Positions 45,212 through 46,826 of a DNA stretch of 46,826 bases are shown one piece after another. Source of the stretch: an uncultured bacterium (lineage in GTDB: Bacteria; Fidelibacterota; Marinisomatia; Marinisomatales; Marinisomataceae); contig CAZSGU010000003.1 of NCBI GenBank assembly GCA_964606555.1, positions 1 to 46,826 on the forward strand. Reading direction: 5' to 3'. Under the pieces are notes generated by a model. The model ran no database searches, was not told the DNA's origin, and saw nothing but the letters and a program-made list of their open reading frames with translations. A program made the position numbers and the translations under genes. Within the stretch, counting starts at the first letter, position 1. Every line of letters starts with the position of its first letter.

Positions 45212-45505
45212 ATGAAGCTTGAAAAATTACAGACAATAATTTCGAAAAAAATATCAGAAACTATCTCCGTAGATTTTATCAAAATATTTGATTATACCGC
45301 GGAACATGAAAACCATGCAACCTTTGAAGGAAATTTCCACTTAAGCATGACGTTGGTAAGCCCTGATTTTGAAGGAATGAGTCTTATTGAGCGCCATCAA
45401 CTCATATATAAAGTTGTTGATGAGTATATGCACAACGAAATTCATGCTTTAACCATGAAAATCCACACTCCTGAAGAATATAAAAAAATTACTGAGCGTA
45501 ATTAG
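45212..45505 (+). CDS. BolA family protein
   Basis: 97 aa. The pattern F.I.D.T..H........GNFHL....VSP.FEGMSLIERHQLIY..V......EIHAL....HTPEE is the BolA signature. Confidence 0.85.
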   Translation: MKLEKLQTIISKKISETISVDFIKIFDYTAEHENHATFEGNFHLSMTLVSPDFEGMSLIERHQLIYKVVDEYMHNEIHALTMKIHTPEEYKKITERN

Positions 45506-46052
45506 GTGTAGGAGCAATTCCTAAATTAATCTCTAATAAATCACTTTCAATAGTTCCAATAGGAGTTTCTACAATACGACCTATTTCTTCGTTGTTTCTA
45601 GCCACAATCACGGTTGGAACATAACGAATATCTTTTCCTACATGTTCGTTACCAGGACTAATTTTATCCCTATCTACACATACATATTGTACATTTTCTG
45701 GTGCAATATCTAATGTTTGGAATATTTTAGCGATTCTTGGCACTTCTCGTCTGCTATCAGCACACCAAGTACCAAGAAATACTTCATATGTATATGCATT
45801 CGGATTATCAATAGCACTAATTAATTGAAAGTCTACATCATATCCTTGGAAACCAGATGCATACCACTCTTCAAATGGATCTTGTTTTAGATCTTCTAAA
45901 ACAATACTTCCCACTATCATTGGCTGTCCTGTATTAGGATCTTTTACTGTCCCATCAGGAAGATTATCAGAACAAGAAACTGATAAAAACAATACAGCTC
46001 CTAAAATAATAAGTTCGATAATCCTTTTTATGATAGTGTAGGACTGTCTCAT
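45489..46052 (-). CDS. Thioredoxin-fold lipoprotein with a monothiol CxxS active-site motif
   Basis: 187 aa. The lipobox is LFLSVSC. The thioredoxin-like FLGTWCADSRREVP carries Ser in place of the resolving Cys. A cis-Pro region (YVPTVIV) is present. Confidence 0.7.
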   Translation of the reverse strand: MRQSYTIIKRIIELIILGAVLFLSVSCSDNLPDGTVKDPNTGQPMIVGSIVLEDLKQDPFEEWYASGFQGYDVDFQLISAIDNPNAYTYEVFLGTWCADSRREVPRIAKIFQTLDIAPENVQYVCVDRDKISPGNEHVGKDIRYVPTVIVARNNEEIGRIVETPIGTIESDLLEINLGIAPTPNYAQ

Positions 46053-46822
46053 TTTGTGTAATACTTATAAATCAGATAGGTTCCTAGAATGGTACAACAT
46101 AAAGAAATAACAGAGCCTTCAATCCCAAATGCTCCTCCTGAAATAATATCAGGAACTTGTCCTGAGTTTTCATGTGCAATTGCTTTCCAAGAATCTACTC
46201 CCATTCCGCTAATTTCAAATCCAAATAACCCTTGGAAGAAATTCCATCCAAAATGAAAAAAGGTTGGAAACCATAGATTTTTGGTAAAGGTATAACTAAT
46301 CCCTAGAATAAATCCTGCGGCGAATAATTCTGTCATTGGAACAAAGGTACTCCATACATTAGGATTGCCGGCATGCATTAAAGCAAACACCACAGAAGAA
46401 ACGCCTAGTGCCCACCATCGATTCATTGAATCCATCAAATTGTTTAATACATAACCACGAAATACAATTTCTTCATCAAATGCAGCAACAAACAACATTA
46501 AGCTCACCATCATTACTCCTGGCTTTAATCCTACTGCTCCTGTTACTGTAATAGCCCCAAAACACCATAGAATAAGGAAAATACCACCTATAAACAATAA
46601 AGCAGCTCCTAGTCCAGCTAACATCTCTTGTCCGCGATCTTTTATGGATAATCCAATATTTGTTAATGGTTCTTTGTTAAATACAGTCATCATAAACCAA
46701 ATTGCTGCAAAACTTGCAGTAATTTGAAGAAGAGACATGGCCAACATCATTGGTGATGCGAAGTCCATGCTGTCCATTCCTGCGGCATATCCTTCTACGG
46801 ATGCCGGATCTTGCATGTCCAC
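46049..46822 (-). CDS. CPBP family intramembrane glutamic endopeptidase (CAAX protease / Abi family); the N-terminus may extend beyond the window
   Basis: At least 257 aa and polytopic. The motifs are EEIVFRGY, FALMHAGN and FFHFGWNF. The first Met lies 4 nt from the window edge, so the true start is uncertain. Confidence 0.8.
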   Translation of the reverse strand: MDMQDPASVEGYAAGMDSMDFASPMMLAMSLLQITASFAAIWFMMTVFNKEPLTNIGLSIKDRGQEMLAGLGAALLFIGGIFLILWCFGAITVTGAVGLKPGVMMVSLMLFVAAFDEEIVFRGYVLNNLMDSMNRWWALGVSSVVFALMHAGNPNVWSTFVPMTELFAAGFILGISYTFTKNLWFPTFFHFGWNFFQGLFGFEISGMGVDSWKAIAHENSGQVPDIISGGAFGIEGSVISLCCTILGTYLIYKYYTK

Positions 46823-46826
46823 ACCG

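Noticed and set aside
1-46826. Scan for CRISPR arrays, transposases, integrases, phage genes, toxin-antitoxin pairs, restriction-modification or other defence systems, and rRNA
   Set aside because: I saw no regularly spaced direct repeats. No ORF has transposase, recombinase, nuclease or methylase signatures. No rRNA-like conserved segments are present. The window is core chromosome.

Overview
This is an AT-rich, densely packed bacterial chromosomal window. It uses the standard code, with TGA, TAA and TAG all serving as stops and Shine-Dalgarno-like AGGAGG/AAGGTGG motifs ahead of several starts. I support about 54 protein genes, roughly 48 of them on the minus strand, plus two tRNAs: Leu-CAA on the plus strand and Val-GAC on the minus strand. 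There are also several clean rho-independent terminator hairpins. I found no rRNA, CRISPR array, transposase, integrase or phage genes.

Most of the content is core housekeeping:
- nusA (truncated by the window edge), trhO, lepB-rnhB and apt.
- One unbroken array dnaX-ybaB-recR-pgsA-pgpA-cinA-recA.
- A second array tmk-rsmI-lat.
- Envelope and lipid genes: cdsA, a DAG-kinase-like lipid kinase, rlpA and an S41 Ctp protease.

The window also holds marine-heterotroph style accessory enzymes: a Tat-exported glycosylasparaginase, an alkyl sulfatase, an acyl-CoA ligase and a Na+:alanine symporter. The gene content and the tRNA-Val sequence resemble the FCB group (Bacteroidota or Marinimicrobia-like). 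That placement is inference only.

The most interesting feature is a seven-gene, translationally coupled module at 33899-40525 on the minus strand. It encodes a GlmL/MutL-EutA-type duplicated ASKHA ATPase with no cobalamin-dependent mutase partner. The ATPase is followed by a soluble protein with a barrel-sandwich-hybrid N-terminus and a KOW-like C-terminus, a 90-aa hydrophobic microprotein and four membrane proteins that I cannot assign to any named family. The module sits inside a 17.7-kb, 18-gene co-directional array, directly coupled to cdsA upstream and lysine 6-transaminase downstream.

Secondary observations:
- Three poly-A slippery runs at the expected gamma/tau boundary of dnaX.
- A tRNA-Val gene with C at the normally invariant U33 position.
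- A CADD/PqqC-like diiron oxidase next to a tandem HCCA-isomerase/DsbA-like protein.
- Two exported proteins built from internal tandem duplications.
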